Source: an uncultured Gemmataceae bacterium (GTDB taxonomy: Bacteria > Planctomycetota > Planctomycetia > Gemmatales > Gemmataceae). Taken from it: a DNA stretch of 64,000 nucleotides. The position numbers and the translations under genes are program-made. The notes under the pieces are model-generated. The model was given only the letters and a program-made list of their open reading frames with translations. It ran no database searches and was not told the DNA's origin. The stretch covers positions 352,001-416,000 of the forward strand of contig CAVVPN010000012.1 of the NCBI GenBank assembly GCA_963750165.1, written 5' to 3'. This document shows positions 39,166 through 48,716 of the stretch, piece by piece. The first letter of the stretch is position 1; each line of letters starts with the position of its first letter.

Positions 39166-39259
39166 ATTTGGCGAGCGGCGCGGCGTCAGCCCGCCGGTAC
39201 TGCGCAGTTCTCGATGCTTCGCAGTACCGGCGGGCTGACGCCGCGCCGCTCGCCGAAAT
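39166..39259. repeat. REP doublet family B, second copy
   Basis: Same GGCGAGCGGCGCGGCGTCAGCCCGCCGGTA arms as 10851-10930 with a different spacer. Confidence 0.85.
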
Positions 39260-39275
39260 GGAGTGGCGCTCCGCG

Positions 39276-40085
39276 TCAGGTCAGCTCCAGTGGCGAGCGC
39301 ACGCGATTCATGGTCATCAGAATGCAAACGCGCGTGGCAGCGATGAAGCCGAGGTAGCCAAGCCCCAGCGCCACCCAGCCGCCAAGGAGGATCATCGACA
39401 TCTTGCCGGTCACATGGCTGGGCATGGGGTTGTAGATGAGGTAGCCAGTGTAGCCTACCAGGCACAGGTCCGCCACCAGGAACAGCGCCAACAATGTGGA
39501 CAGTATCCGGGCGTGCATGCAGGCGGCGACCGAGCGCAGGAACAGCAGGAAAAGCCACGGGTAGAACTGGCTAATGATGAACGCGACCACCCGCAGGTTC
39601 TGGCCCCTCTGGTTGAAGCGCATCTCCGTGAACGTGCGGGCGCCGTGGTCGAGGTTGATACCGCGCTCCGCCCCAACAACGCCGGCGACGAAGTTCAGCG
39701 CCGGGCCCATGAACATGCACGTGATGCAGAAGAACATCAGCCAGCGCGCCCCCTTGCGCTCCGCCGCGCCCATCATGCAGCGGAAATGGCCGCTGGCCAG
39801 CATCATGTAGGAGAACACGCAGCCGAGCACCAGGATCGCCAGGCCGGTGTAGCACTCCCACAGCGACGAACTGTTGGCCGGCCGCATCCGCATCATGCCA
39901 TTGGCGTCGGGCAGGCCGTAGAGCGACACCGCGACCATGCCCAGGCCGATTACGATGGCCAGGAAGCAGACCAGGTAGCCCCACAGGATCCGCGCCAGAC
40001 CGGCCGCGACCTCGGTCCAGCCGATCTCCATGCGGAGTTCCTCGTTCATCTCGGGCGTCAGCTCACTCAGCACCTGGCTACTCAT
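39276..40085 (-). CDS. Integral membrane hypothetical protein (~6 TM)
   Basis: Multiple hydrophobic helices, 269 aa. Confidence 0.75.
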   Translation of the reverse strand: MSSQVLSELTPEMNEELRMEIGWTEVAAGLARILWGYLVCFLAIVIGLGMVAVSLYGLPDANGMMRMRPANSSSLWECYTGLAILVLGCVFSYMMLASGHFRCMMGAAERKGARWLMFFCITCMFMGPALNFVAGVVGAERGINLDHGARTFTEMRFNQRGQNLRVVAFIISQFYPWLFLLFLRSVAACMHARILSTLLALFLVADLCLVGYTGYLIYNPMPSHVTGKMSMILLGGWVALGLGYLGFIAATRVCILMTMNRVRSPLELT

Positions 40086-40183
40086 GGCGCAGTCTCCCCG
40101 AATCGGGCACGGAAGGGCGGCTGTCCAACCTATAGCTCACGAGCGCCCTGACGCAAACCGCCCACGGCCGTTACAATCAGGCC

Positions 40184-41419
40184 ATGAAGATTCTGTGCCT
40201 CAACATCACCGGGCTGCACCTGGGCTTCCTCGGCTGCCACGGCAACGAGTGGGTGGCGACGCCGCACCTGGACCGCCTGGCGGCCGAGGGCGTCGTCTTC
40301 GACAGCCACATCGCCGACACGCCCGGCGGCCCGCCCGGCGCCTGGACCGGCCGCCACCGCTTCCCGCCGGGCCGCGACCCGGAGCCCGCGCTGCTGCCGG
40401 ACCTGCTGCAGGCGCTGGACGTGCCCGCCGCCTTCGTCGGACCACAGCCGGCCACCGCGGACGCCACCGCCCTGGAGGCGACCCTTGACGCCGTGGTGAC
40501 GACACTGGACCAGCTGGAGGGCCGCCACCGCTGGTTGCTCTGGGCGGACCTGCCGCCGCTGCTGCCGCCGTGGCAGACGCCCGCCGATTTCCAGAACCGC
40601 TATCTGCAACCGGCCGCACCCGCCGACGACGAGGAGGCCGCGGACGACGAGGAAGAGGAAGCAGGGCCGGAAACAGACGATGAACCGCTGCTGCCACTGC
40701 CGGACCCGCCGGTCGGGCCGGTGGACGTGGACGATTTTGTGCTGGTCGAGCGCATCCGCTGCAGTTATGCGGCGGAGGTGACGTACCTGGACGCTGGGCT
40801 GGGACTGCTGCTGGAGGAACTGCGGCAACGGCGGTTGCTCGATCAGTTGCTGCTGGTGGTCGGCGGCGCGCGCGGCCTGGCGCTTGGCGAGCACGGCATC
40901 GTCGGCGACTGGCGGCCGTGGCTGCACGATGAGTTCGTCCACGTGCCGCTGCTGCTGCGGCTGCCGGCGGCCGCCGAGGCGGGGCGGCGCGTGGCGGCAC
41001 TGACGCAGCCGGTCGATCTGCTGCCGACGCTGCTGCGGGCGCTGGGGGCGGAGGTGCCGCCGGAGTCGCACGGCCACGACCTGTTGCCGCTGGCGCGTGG
41101 CGAGGCGGAGACGATACGCCCCTACGCCTGCTCCGGCTGGGCGCTGGCCGGCGCCGAGGAGTGGGCGCTGCGCACGCCGGAGTGGGTGCTGCTGCTGCCG
41201 GTGCAGAGCGTGCCCGGCGACGCGCCACGCGGCCGGCAGCTGTACATCAAGCCGGAGGACCGCTGGGAGGTCAACGACGTGGCGCAGCACCACCTGGAGT
41301 TGACGGACCACCTGGAGGAGACGCTGCGGGCGTTCGTGGACGCGGCACAGCAGCCGGGGCCGCTGCGGGTGCCGGTGCTGCGCGACGCGGAGGAGTTGTT
41401 GCGTGAGATACCGGATTAG
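40184..41419 (+). CDS. Sulfatase/alkaline-phosphatase-fold protein lacking the catalytic motif
   Basis: GCHGNEWVATPHLDRLAAEGVVF, YAAEVTYLD, LGEHG, HVPLL, DLLPTLL; no (C/S)xPxR. Confidence 0.75.
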   Translation: MKILCLNITGLHLGFLGCHGNEWVATPHLDRLAAEGVVFDSHIADTPGGPPGAWTGRHRFPPGRDPEPALLPDLLQALDVPAAFVGPQPATADATALEATLDAVVTTLDQLEGRHRWLLWADLPPLLPPWQTPADFQNRYLQPAAPADDEEAADDEEEEAGPETDDEPLLPLPDPPVGPVDVDDFVLVERIRCSYAAEVTYLDAGLGLLLEELRQRRLLDQLLLVVGGARGLALGEHGIVGDWRPWLHDEFVHVPLLLRLPAAAEAGRRVAALTQPVDLLPTLLRALGAEVPPESHGHDLLPLARGEAETIRPYACSGWALAGAEEWALRTPEWVLLLPVQSVPGDAPRGRQLYIKPEDRWEVNDVAQHHLELTDHLEETLRAFVDAAQQPGPLRVPVLRDAEELLREIPD

Positions 41420-41541
41420 AGCGGTTCGCGTTTGGGTAGCGCACAAGTCGTGGGACGGCTCTCCAGAGCCGTCAGCGTTCTCCCGACGGCTCTGGAGAGC
41501 CGTCCCACGACTTGTAGTCCACGCGACTAGGAACCGCTCTA
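41417..41541. mobile_element. 125-bp MITE-like element with TIRs TAGAGCGGTTC / GAACCGCTCTA enclosing a REP doublet
   Basis: Perfect 11-bp terminal inverted repeats; internal ACAAGTCGTGGGACGGCTCTCCAGAGCCGTC arms; left end is the TAG stop of the upstream gene. Confidence 0.75.
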
Positions 41542-41555
41542 GTGCGGCGAACGCC

Positions 41556-41841
41556 TCAGCCTTGCTGGCCGGGCACGTCCTGCAGCGCATCGCGCAGCCG
41601 CACCCCGGGCTTGAACCTGGCGCAGCGACGCCGGGATGGTCAGCTTTTCGCCGGTGCGCGGGTTGCGTCCCGTGCGGGCCTTGCGCTTCGCGACCTCGAA
41701 GGCGCCGAAGTCCGCGAGCCGCACCTTGCCGTCCTTGACCAACCGCTCGGTGATTTCATCGAGCACGAGGTCCAGAAACGCTCGGGCCTCCGTCTGTGAG
41801 AGCCCGGCCTTGGCCGCCAGCGCTGCCACGATCTCGCGCAT
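41556..41841 (-). CDS. HU/IHF-family DNA-binding protein, frameshift near 41631
   Basis: FGAFEV..RKARTGRNPRTGE...IPA; alternative frame continues RRCARFKPG...*. Confidence 0.85.
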
Positions 41842-41915
41842 GGTCCGCCTCCTGGTGAATGGAGCGAGCCTGCATCGTGTGACGTGCCGTGGCCGCTGTC
41901 AACGAAAAACCGGCC

Positions 41916-41952
41916 CCGATCCGTGGTGCGGGCCGCCCGCACCACGGATCGG
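41916..41952. repeat. Perfect 18-bp-arm palindrome between the divergent HU and dnaG genes
   Basis: CCGATCCGTGGTGCGGGC-C-GCCCGCACCACGGATCGG. Confidence 0.75.
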
Positions 41953-41973
41953 CACCGGGGCCGATTGCCTAAC

Positions 41974-42002
41974 TTGACTCAACTGAAAGGTGTGGCTATA
42001 AT
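41974..42002 (+). promoter_or_regulatory. sigma70 promoter TTGACT-N17-TATAAT for dnaG-rpoD
   Basis: Consensus -10, 5/6 -35, 17-bp spacer. Confidence 0.75.
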
Positions 42003-42239
42003 TCCCCCAGCCTGGCGGAATGCCGTTGGATTAAGCAGTTTTCGCGACTCCACTTACAACCAACCAATCGGTATAAACCGGGCAGCCGGCCGCGGCCCAC
42101 CAGGAGGGAGAGAGCCGCGAACACCAACCGCCGAATTCGGTTGGCCTTCTCCAGCACTTGCTCGAACTCACGGGGCCCCGACGGCAGCGGGAGGTTGCCG
42201 CCTCGGTCCTTTCCGATTGCTCCTGCCCCCGGGTGTGCC

Positions 42240-44033
42240 TTGGCGGAAGATCGGGTACAACAGGTCAAGGCCGCCAACGACATTGTGGATGTCGTTGGTA
42301 GCTATGTCGCCCTCCGGCCCGCCGGCCCCACCTTCAAAGGCCTCTGTCCCTTCCACGACGACCACCGGCCCTCCTTCGATGTCGATCCGCGCCGCCAGCG
42401 CTACCGCTGCTGGTCCTGTGGTAAGTACGGCGACGTGATCTCGTTTGTTCAAGAACAGGAACGTATCAGTTTTCTCGAAGCGCTCGAACTGTTGGCCCGC
42501 CGCGCCGGAATATCTTTAGAAAAAAGCGGCGCCGCCCAGCAAAATCGCAGCCGCGCCCTTATGCTTGAGACGATGAGTTGGGCCGCTCAGCTATTTCACG
42601 ACTGCCTGCTCGACGCGCCCGTCGCCGAGACCGCCCGCAAGTACCTCGGCGCGCGCCAGTTGCTCGGCGAGACCGTGCGCCGCAACCAGCTCGGCTACGC
42701 GCCGCTGGCCGGCGACTGGCTGGTGCAGCAGGCGAACGAACAGGATCAGCCGCTGGATTTACTGGAAAAACTGGGATTAATCGCACCACGGACGGGGGGG
42801 CAAGGGTACTACGACCGTTTCCGCGACCGGGTGATGTTTCCGATCCGCGATCCGCAGGGGCGCGTGGTCGGTTTCGGCGGCCGGATTCTGCCCGACTCCC
42901 CCCTCACAGGGCGGGCGCCGAAATACTATAACTCGTGTGACACGCCGCTGTTCACCAAGAGCGAGCAGCTGTACGGTATCGACCAGGCCCGGCAAGCCGC
43001 CGTCAGCGAGGGCTTTTTGGTGGTAGTCGAGGGCTACACGGACGTGCTCATGGCGCACCAGTGCAGCGTGCCGCAGGTGGTGGCGACGATGGGCACCGCA
43101 TTGAACGCCCGGCACGTGCAACAGCTCCGCCGCTTCTCGCCGCGCGTCGTGCTGGTCTTCGACGCCGACGAGGGGGGCGACACCGGCGTGGATCGGGCCC
43201 TGCAATTATTCGTCACCCATGATGTAGATTTGCGGATCGCGACGCTGCCCGTGGGGTTAGATCCGTGTGACTTGCTGGTGCAACAGGGGCCGGAACCGTT
43301 CAGGGCGGCCTTGACAAATGCTGTGGACGTGCTGGAATTTAAGTTGACTCGCGTTTTGACCGTCGAGGCGAACAACGGCACGGAAGGCCGGCGCCGGGCG
43401 GTGGACGCGGTGCTCGGCATCCTGGCCCTGGCCCCCCCCCTGCCGGACCAGGCCGCTGCGGTCAAGCAGGAACTGATGGTCACGCGCATTGCGCAGCGCC
43501 TCGCACTCAAGGAAGAGACGGTATGGGCACGACTTCGCGAACTGCGCGCCGGCAAGAAACCCGACAACCGCGAGCACCCCCGGCGGGAGGCGGGTTCCAC
43601 CCCCGAAGGGGAAGTGCGCAGCGCCCGCCCGGCGCCACTGGAGCGTGACCTGTTGACTGTCCTGCTGGCCGACCCACTGCTGGTGCCGCGTGCCCAGCAA
43701 GAAATTCCGGCCCGCGACATCCAGCACCCAGGGTTACAGCTGCTCCTTGAGGGTCTTTATCGTTTACAGGCGGAAGGCGTGCCCCCCGACCTCGACCGGC
43801 TGCGGCCGCGCATCGACAACCCGGCCCTGATGGCCGCGGCGATGCGACTGCAAGAGGAAGGGCAGGCCAACCCCGATCGGCTGGCGTGGCTGGAGAAAAT
43901 CGTGCTAGGTTTTCGCCGGCGCCGCCTGGAGGCCGAGAAGCAAGAACTCCTGAACCGCTTGCGCACGACCGACCCCAACTCCGAGGAGGCGTTGGAGCTG
44001 TTGCGGCGACTCCGGGACTTGAACGGTGGCTGA
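42240..44033 (+). CDS. dnaG: DNA primase (start approximate, TTG)
   Basis: CPFHDDHRPSF...CWSC zinc finger, DRFRDRVMFPI, GFGGR, KYYNS, VEGYTD, FDADEGG. Confidence 0.97.
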   Translation: MAEDRVQQVKAANDIVDVVGSYVALRPAGPTFKGLCPFHDDHRPSFDVDPRRQRYRCWSCGKYGDVISFVQEQERISFLEALELLARRAGISLEKSGAAQQNRSRALMLETMSWAAQLFHDCLLDAPVAETARKYLGARQLLGETVRRNQLGYAPLAGDWLVQQANEQDQPLDLLEKLGLIAPRTGGQGYYDRFRDRVMFPIRDPQGRVVGFGGRILPDSPLTGRAPKYYNSCDTPLFTKSEQLYGIDQARQAAVSEGFLVVVEGYTDVLMAHQCSVPQVVATMGTALNARHVQQLRRFSPRVVLVFDADEGGDTGVDRALQLFVTHDVDLRIATLPVGLDPCDLLVQQGPEPFRAALTNAVDVLEFKLTRVLTVEANNGTEGRRRAVDAVLGILALAPPLPDQAAAVKQELMVTRIAQRLALKEETVWARLRELRAGKKPDNREHPRREAGSTPEGEVRSARPAPLERDLLTVLLADPLLVPRAQQEIPARDIQHPGLQLLLEGLYRLQAEGVPPDLDRLRPRIDNPALMAAAMRLQEEGQANPDRLAWLEKIVLGFRRRRLEAEKQELLNRLRTTDPNSEEALELLRRLRDLNGG

Positions 44034-44102
44034 GATGCGCATCGCCAACCCCTGCCGGCGACGGTCGGCCGCGGGCGCGGCGCATCACAAGGGGAGAGTT
44101 TG

Positions 44103-45758
<1,656 letters not shown>

Positions 45759-45765
45759 GGCGAAC

Positions 45766-45797
45766 ACCGCCGGCCCGAAAGGCCGGCGGTTTTTGTT
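45766..45797 (+). terminator. Rho-independent terminator after rpoD
   Basis: ACCGCCGGCC-CGAAA-GGCCGGCGGT followed by TTTTGTT. Confidence 0.85.
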
Positions 45798-45862
45798 GGT
45801 ACACTGATTTCACAGGCCATTCTCCGGGGGAGTTGCTTGGTGCCACAAGCGGAGGAACGGGT

Positions 45863-46369
45863 ATGTCTGGGAAATGGGCCGTGGCGGTGCTGGTGGGGTT
45901 GCTGCTTGCCGGGGCGGTGCGGGCCGACCCGCCGCGCCGGCAGATCACCCTGGAGAACGCGCGGCAGGTCGAACCTGGCGTGCATTACTCCCGCGTTGAA
46001 CGGCTGCTGGGGCCGCCGCGGGATGAGACGGACGGGCGCCTGGTCAGGGGAAGCGGCTTCTACGCCCCTTGCATCGGTGGGCTTGTGATCCGCGATACGA
46101 CCACACGATACTGGGTCTGCGATGAGATGAAGATCGCCGTCGAATTCAGCCGCGAAACCGGCCGGGTCGTCGGCGTGACGTTCAGCCAGCCGGAACTGCA
46201 GGACATCCCGGCGTGGGAACTGCTGGCGAACCGCGTGCGACGGCATCTCGACGTGCCTCCCGAGTGGATGCCGCAGGGGCCGGTGACTCGTCGCCCGTCC
46301 CGCAGCAATTCTCATGTACACACCAGGTTCACCGGAGGCGTGCTCGGAGGAAAACAAGAACGTCGTTAA
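45863..46369 (+). CDS. Exported hypothetical protein (possible SmpA/OmlA-like beta-alpha-beta unit)
   Basis: GGAGG RBS, signal peptide, VEPGVHYSRVERLLGPP pattern. Confidence 0.5.
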   Translation: MSGKWAVAVLVGLLLAGAVRADPPRRQITLENARQVEPGVHYSRVERLLGPPRDETDGRLVRGSGFYAPCIGGLVIRDTTTRYWVCDEMKIAVEFSRETGRVVGVTFSQPELQDIPAWELLANRVRRHLDVPPEWMPQGPVTRRPSRSNSHVHTRFTGGVLGGKQERR

Positions 46370-46451
46370 CTGTCGGTGGGTGGCCTCTAGGGACGGTGTG
46401 CCTTCGCCAGTGATCAAATCAACATATACGGAACCGTTGGAGATTCGCACC

Positions 46452-47153
46452 ATGTCCGCACCCGGGCCGATCCTTCGTGAATGCCACCGCCTCCTGAAGC
46501 ACGCCCACGACCTGCAAACGCGCATCACCCAGGCTCCCAGGGCGCTGGCGGCGCAGCAAACCCGCGCCCGCAAAATGGACGAACTCCTGCACGCCGCCCA
46601 GGACGCCCTCAAAAAGCTCAAGGTGGCCACGCACGAAAAGGAAGTCGAGATCAAGACCAAACGGCAGCAGATCGACAAGTATCAGAAGCAGCTGAACGAC
46701 ATCAAGAACGCGAAGGAATTCGACGCCCTCAAGCACGAGATCGCCGCAGCCCAGCAACTCGTCAGCCAGCTCGAAGACGAGGTCCTCGCCGCCCTCGACG
46801 AGATTGACCGGCAGGCCGCCGCACTGCCCGAGGCCGAGAAGGAGGTCAAACGCGCTCACGCCGAACTCGCCGACTTCGACCGCATCAGCGCCGCCCGTGT
46901 CGCCGAGTTCGCCGCGCAACGTCAGCAGGCACTAACCGAACTGGTCCAGGTCGAGGCGACGCTGCCCGACGACGTGAAAGCGCTTTATGAACGGCCCGTG
47001 AAGGCCAAGGGCGAAGATGCGCTCTCGGCGGTCGAAAACCGCACCTGCGTCGCGTGTTACACCGAAGTCACGGCACAAAACTTTAACGAGCTGTTAAGTG
47101 GACGATACGTGACCTGCAAGAGCTGCGGACGCATCCTGTACCTGGTTCAGTAA
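46452..47153 (+). CDS. Coiled-coil + C4 zinc-ribbon protein (DUF164/CT398-like)
   Basis: Long coiled coil, KNAKEFDAL, CVAC...CKSCGRILY. Confidence 0.88.
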   Translation: MSAPGPILRECHRLLKHAHDLQTRITQAPRALAAQQTRARKMDELLHAAQDALKKLKVATHEKEVEIKTKRQQIDKYQKQLNDIKNAKEFDALKHEIAAAQQLVSQLEDEVLAALDEIDRQAAALPEAEKEVKRAHAELADFDRISAARVAEFAAQRQQALTELVQVEATLPDDVKALYERPVKAKGEDALSAVENRTCVACYTEVTAQNFNELLSGRYVTCKSCGRILYLVQ

Positions 47154-47251
47154 GTGCAACGCAAATCATCATTTGCAGCCACTATAGGGAAAAGGTAGTA
47201 ACCGCCAACTTGCCGCGTTGGACAAGAATTCCAAGATTTCTCAGATAACTC

Positions 47252-47280
47252 TTGCTCTGGCCCTTGACGACATTTACAAT
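47252..47280 (+). promoter_or_regulatory. sigma70-type promoter TTGCTC-N17-TACAAT
   Basis: 17-bp spacer in an AT-rich stretch; predicted TSS about 47287. Confidence 0.55.
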
Positions 47281-47287
47281 CCACACA

Positions 47288-47472
47288 GCGATAGGGAATT
47301 GAAGACACCGCGAGGAGGGAATGGCTTCCCTCCCCGGAGCGTTGTTTTTGTCAGGGACGTGCGTAGGCGGCTTCCTCCCCTACCAAGATCGCAAAACGCG
47401 GCCGTCTCGCACGGCGTCGGTGTCGTTTTGCTTTGGGGAGTCCCCTCGGTTTCCCATTCCTTGCCCTGTCGC
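47288..47472 (+). ncRNA. Candidate structured RNA / 5' leader of the alternative sigma factor
   Basis: Closing stem GCGATAGGG / CCCTGTCGC plus nested stems found by eye; no Rfam match checked. Confidence 0.3.
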
Positions 47473-47564
47473 CGGTGCGGTTTGCCCCTCCGTGAGACTC
47501 TGGAGACGGCATGGACTCACGACCGCGTGGGCTCAACACACTGACACTTTAGGGAAGGAAGGCC

Positions 47565-48584
47565 ATGAAGACTGCTCGCCGCAAGCGCCCGGCCGCCGCT
47601 GCCGAACCGGCCGAGGCGACTGCGACTATGACACCCACCACGATTTTCTCCTCTGATTTGCTCACCCCCGAGGAGGAACGCGAACTCCTCGCCGGCTTCT
47701 GGGAATGCAAGAGCGAACTGGTGCGCATCCTCATCCGCCATTTCCCGCGGCTGCGCGCCCATCGGCCGCCGCTGGAACCCTGGCCGATGGCCCAGTTCAT
47801 TCGCGACCACTGTGACGGCGATGCCCGCACCGTGCTGGCCATTCGCCGCGTCCACGACCGCTACATCCACTGCAAGCACCGCCTCGCGTCCGCCAACATC
47901 CGCCTTGCCGCCCACGTCGCCAAGCGCTTCCGCCATCACGCCCTGGGCTACTCCGACCTGCTCCAGGAAGCAGTCTGCGGGCTGATGCAGGCCATCGACC
48001 GCTTCGACGTGAGCCACGGCACCCGCCTGGCCACCTATGCTACCTGGTGGATTCGCCAGACGCTGCAAATCGCCGTCGCGCGCCAGAGTCACCTGGTCAG
48101 CCTGTCGCCGCACCACCTCCAGGAACTCGGTCTGCTTCAGCAGGAGTCCGAGGCGCTGGCCCACGGCGGCAAGCACCTGCCGAGTCCGCAGGAACTGGCG
48201 TCGCGCACCGGCAGCAGCCTCGAACATCTAACCCACCTGCAAACCGCCACGCGGGCCCCGGTGTCGCTCAACGCCGTCCTCGACGACGACAGCGACTTCA
48301 AACTCACCGAGGCGATGCCCGACAACGAGAGCACGACGCTGCGGCAGAACTCCGAACGCCAGGAGGCCCTCAACTTCCTGATGGAGAACCTGCGGCCGCG
48401 CGAGCGCAAGGTGCTCGACCTGCGCTTCGGCCTGACCGGCAACGGCACGCACAGCCTGCGCCAGATCGGCCACCTGCTCCGCATCAGCAAGGAGCGCGTG
48501 CGGCAGATCCAGAACCGGGCCCTGGAGAAACTGCGGGCCTCCGCCGAGCGCGTCGGCTGGGAACCGAGCCTGCTGCTCGGGTAA
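47565..48584 (+). CDS. Alternative sigma-70 factor (RpoD/RpoS-like, no region 1.1)
   Basis: [45 protein letters not shown]...SKERVRQIQ. Confidence 0.9.
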   Translation: MKTARRKRPAAAAEPAEATATMTPTTIFSSDLLTPEEERELLAGFWECKSELVRILIRHFPRLRAHRPPLEPWPMAQFIRDHCDGDARTVLAIRRVHDRYIHCKHRLASANIRLAAHVAKRFRHHALGYSDLLQEAVCGLMQAIDRFDVSHGTRLATYATWWIRQTLQIAVARQSHLVSLSPHHLQELGLLQQESEALAHGGKHLPSPQELASRTGSSLEHLTHLQTATRAPVSLNAVLDDDSDFKLTEAMPDNESTTLRQNSERQEALNFLMENLRPRERKVLDLRFGLTGNGTHSLRQIGHLLRISKERVRQIQNRALEKLRASAERVGWEPSLLLG

Positions 48585-48585
48585 G

Positions 48586-48690
48586 GAATTCACCACAGAG
48601 AACGCAGAGAGCGCAGAGAAAAGACCGAAGAGTGGTTGATCCACTCTTCGGTCTTTTCTCTGCGCTCTCTGCGCTCTCTGTGGTGAAATC
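48586..48690. repeat. Palindrome family C
   Basis: TTCACCACAGAGAACGCAGAGAGCGCAGAGAAAAGACCGAAGAGTGG arm and its near-perfect reverse complement. Confidence 0.85.
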
Positions 48691-48716
48691 TTCTGGTATG
48701 CTGGGGAAAGGAGTCA

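Noticed and set aside
47154..47564. RNase P RNA (rnpB), often found near the zinc-ribbon gene
   Set aside because: The conserved GAGGAAAGUCC and terminal CGGCUUA signatures were not found on either strand
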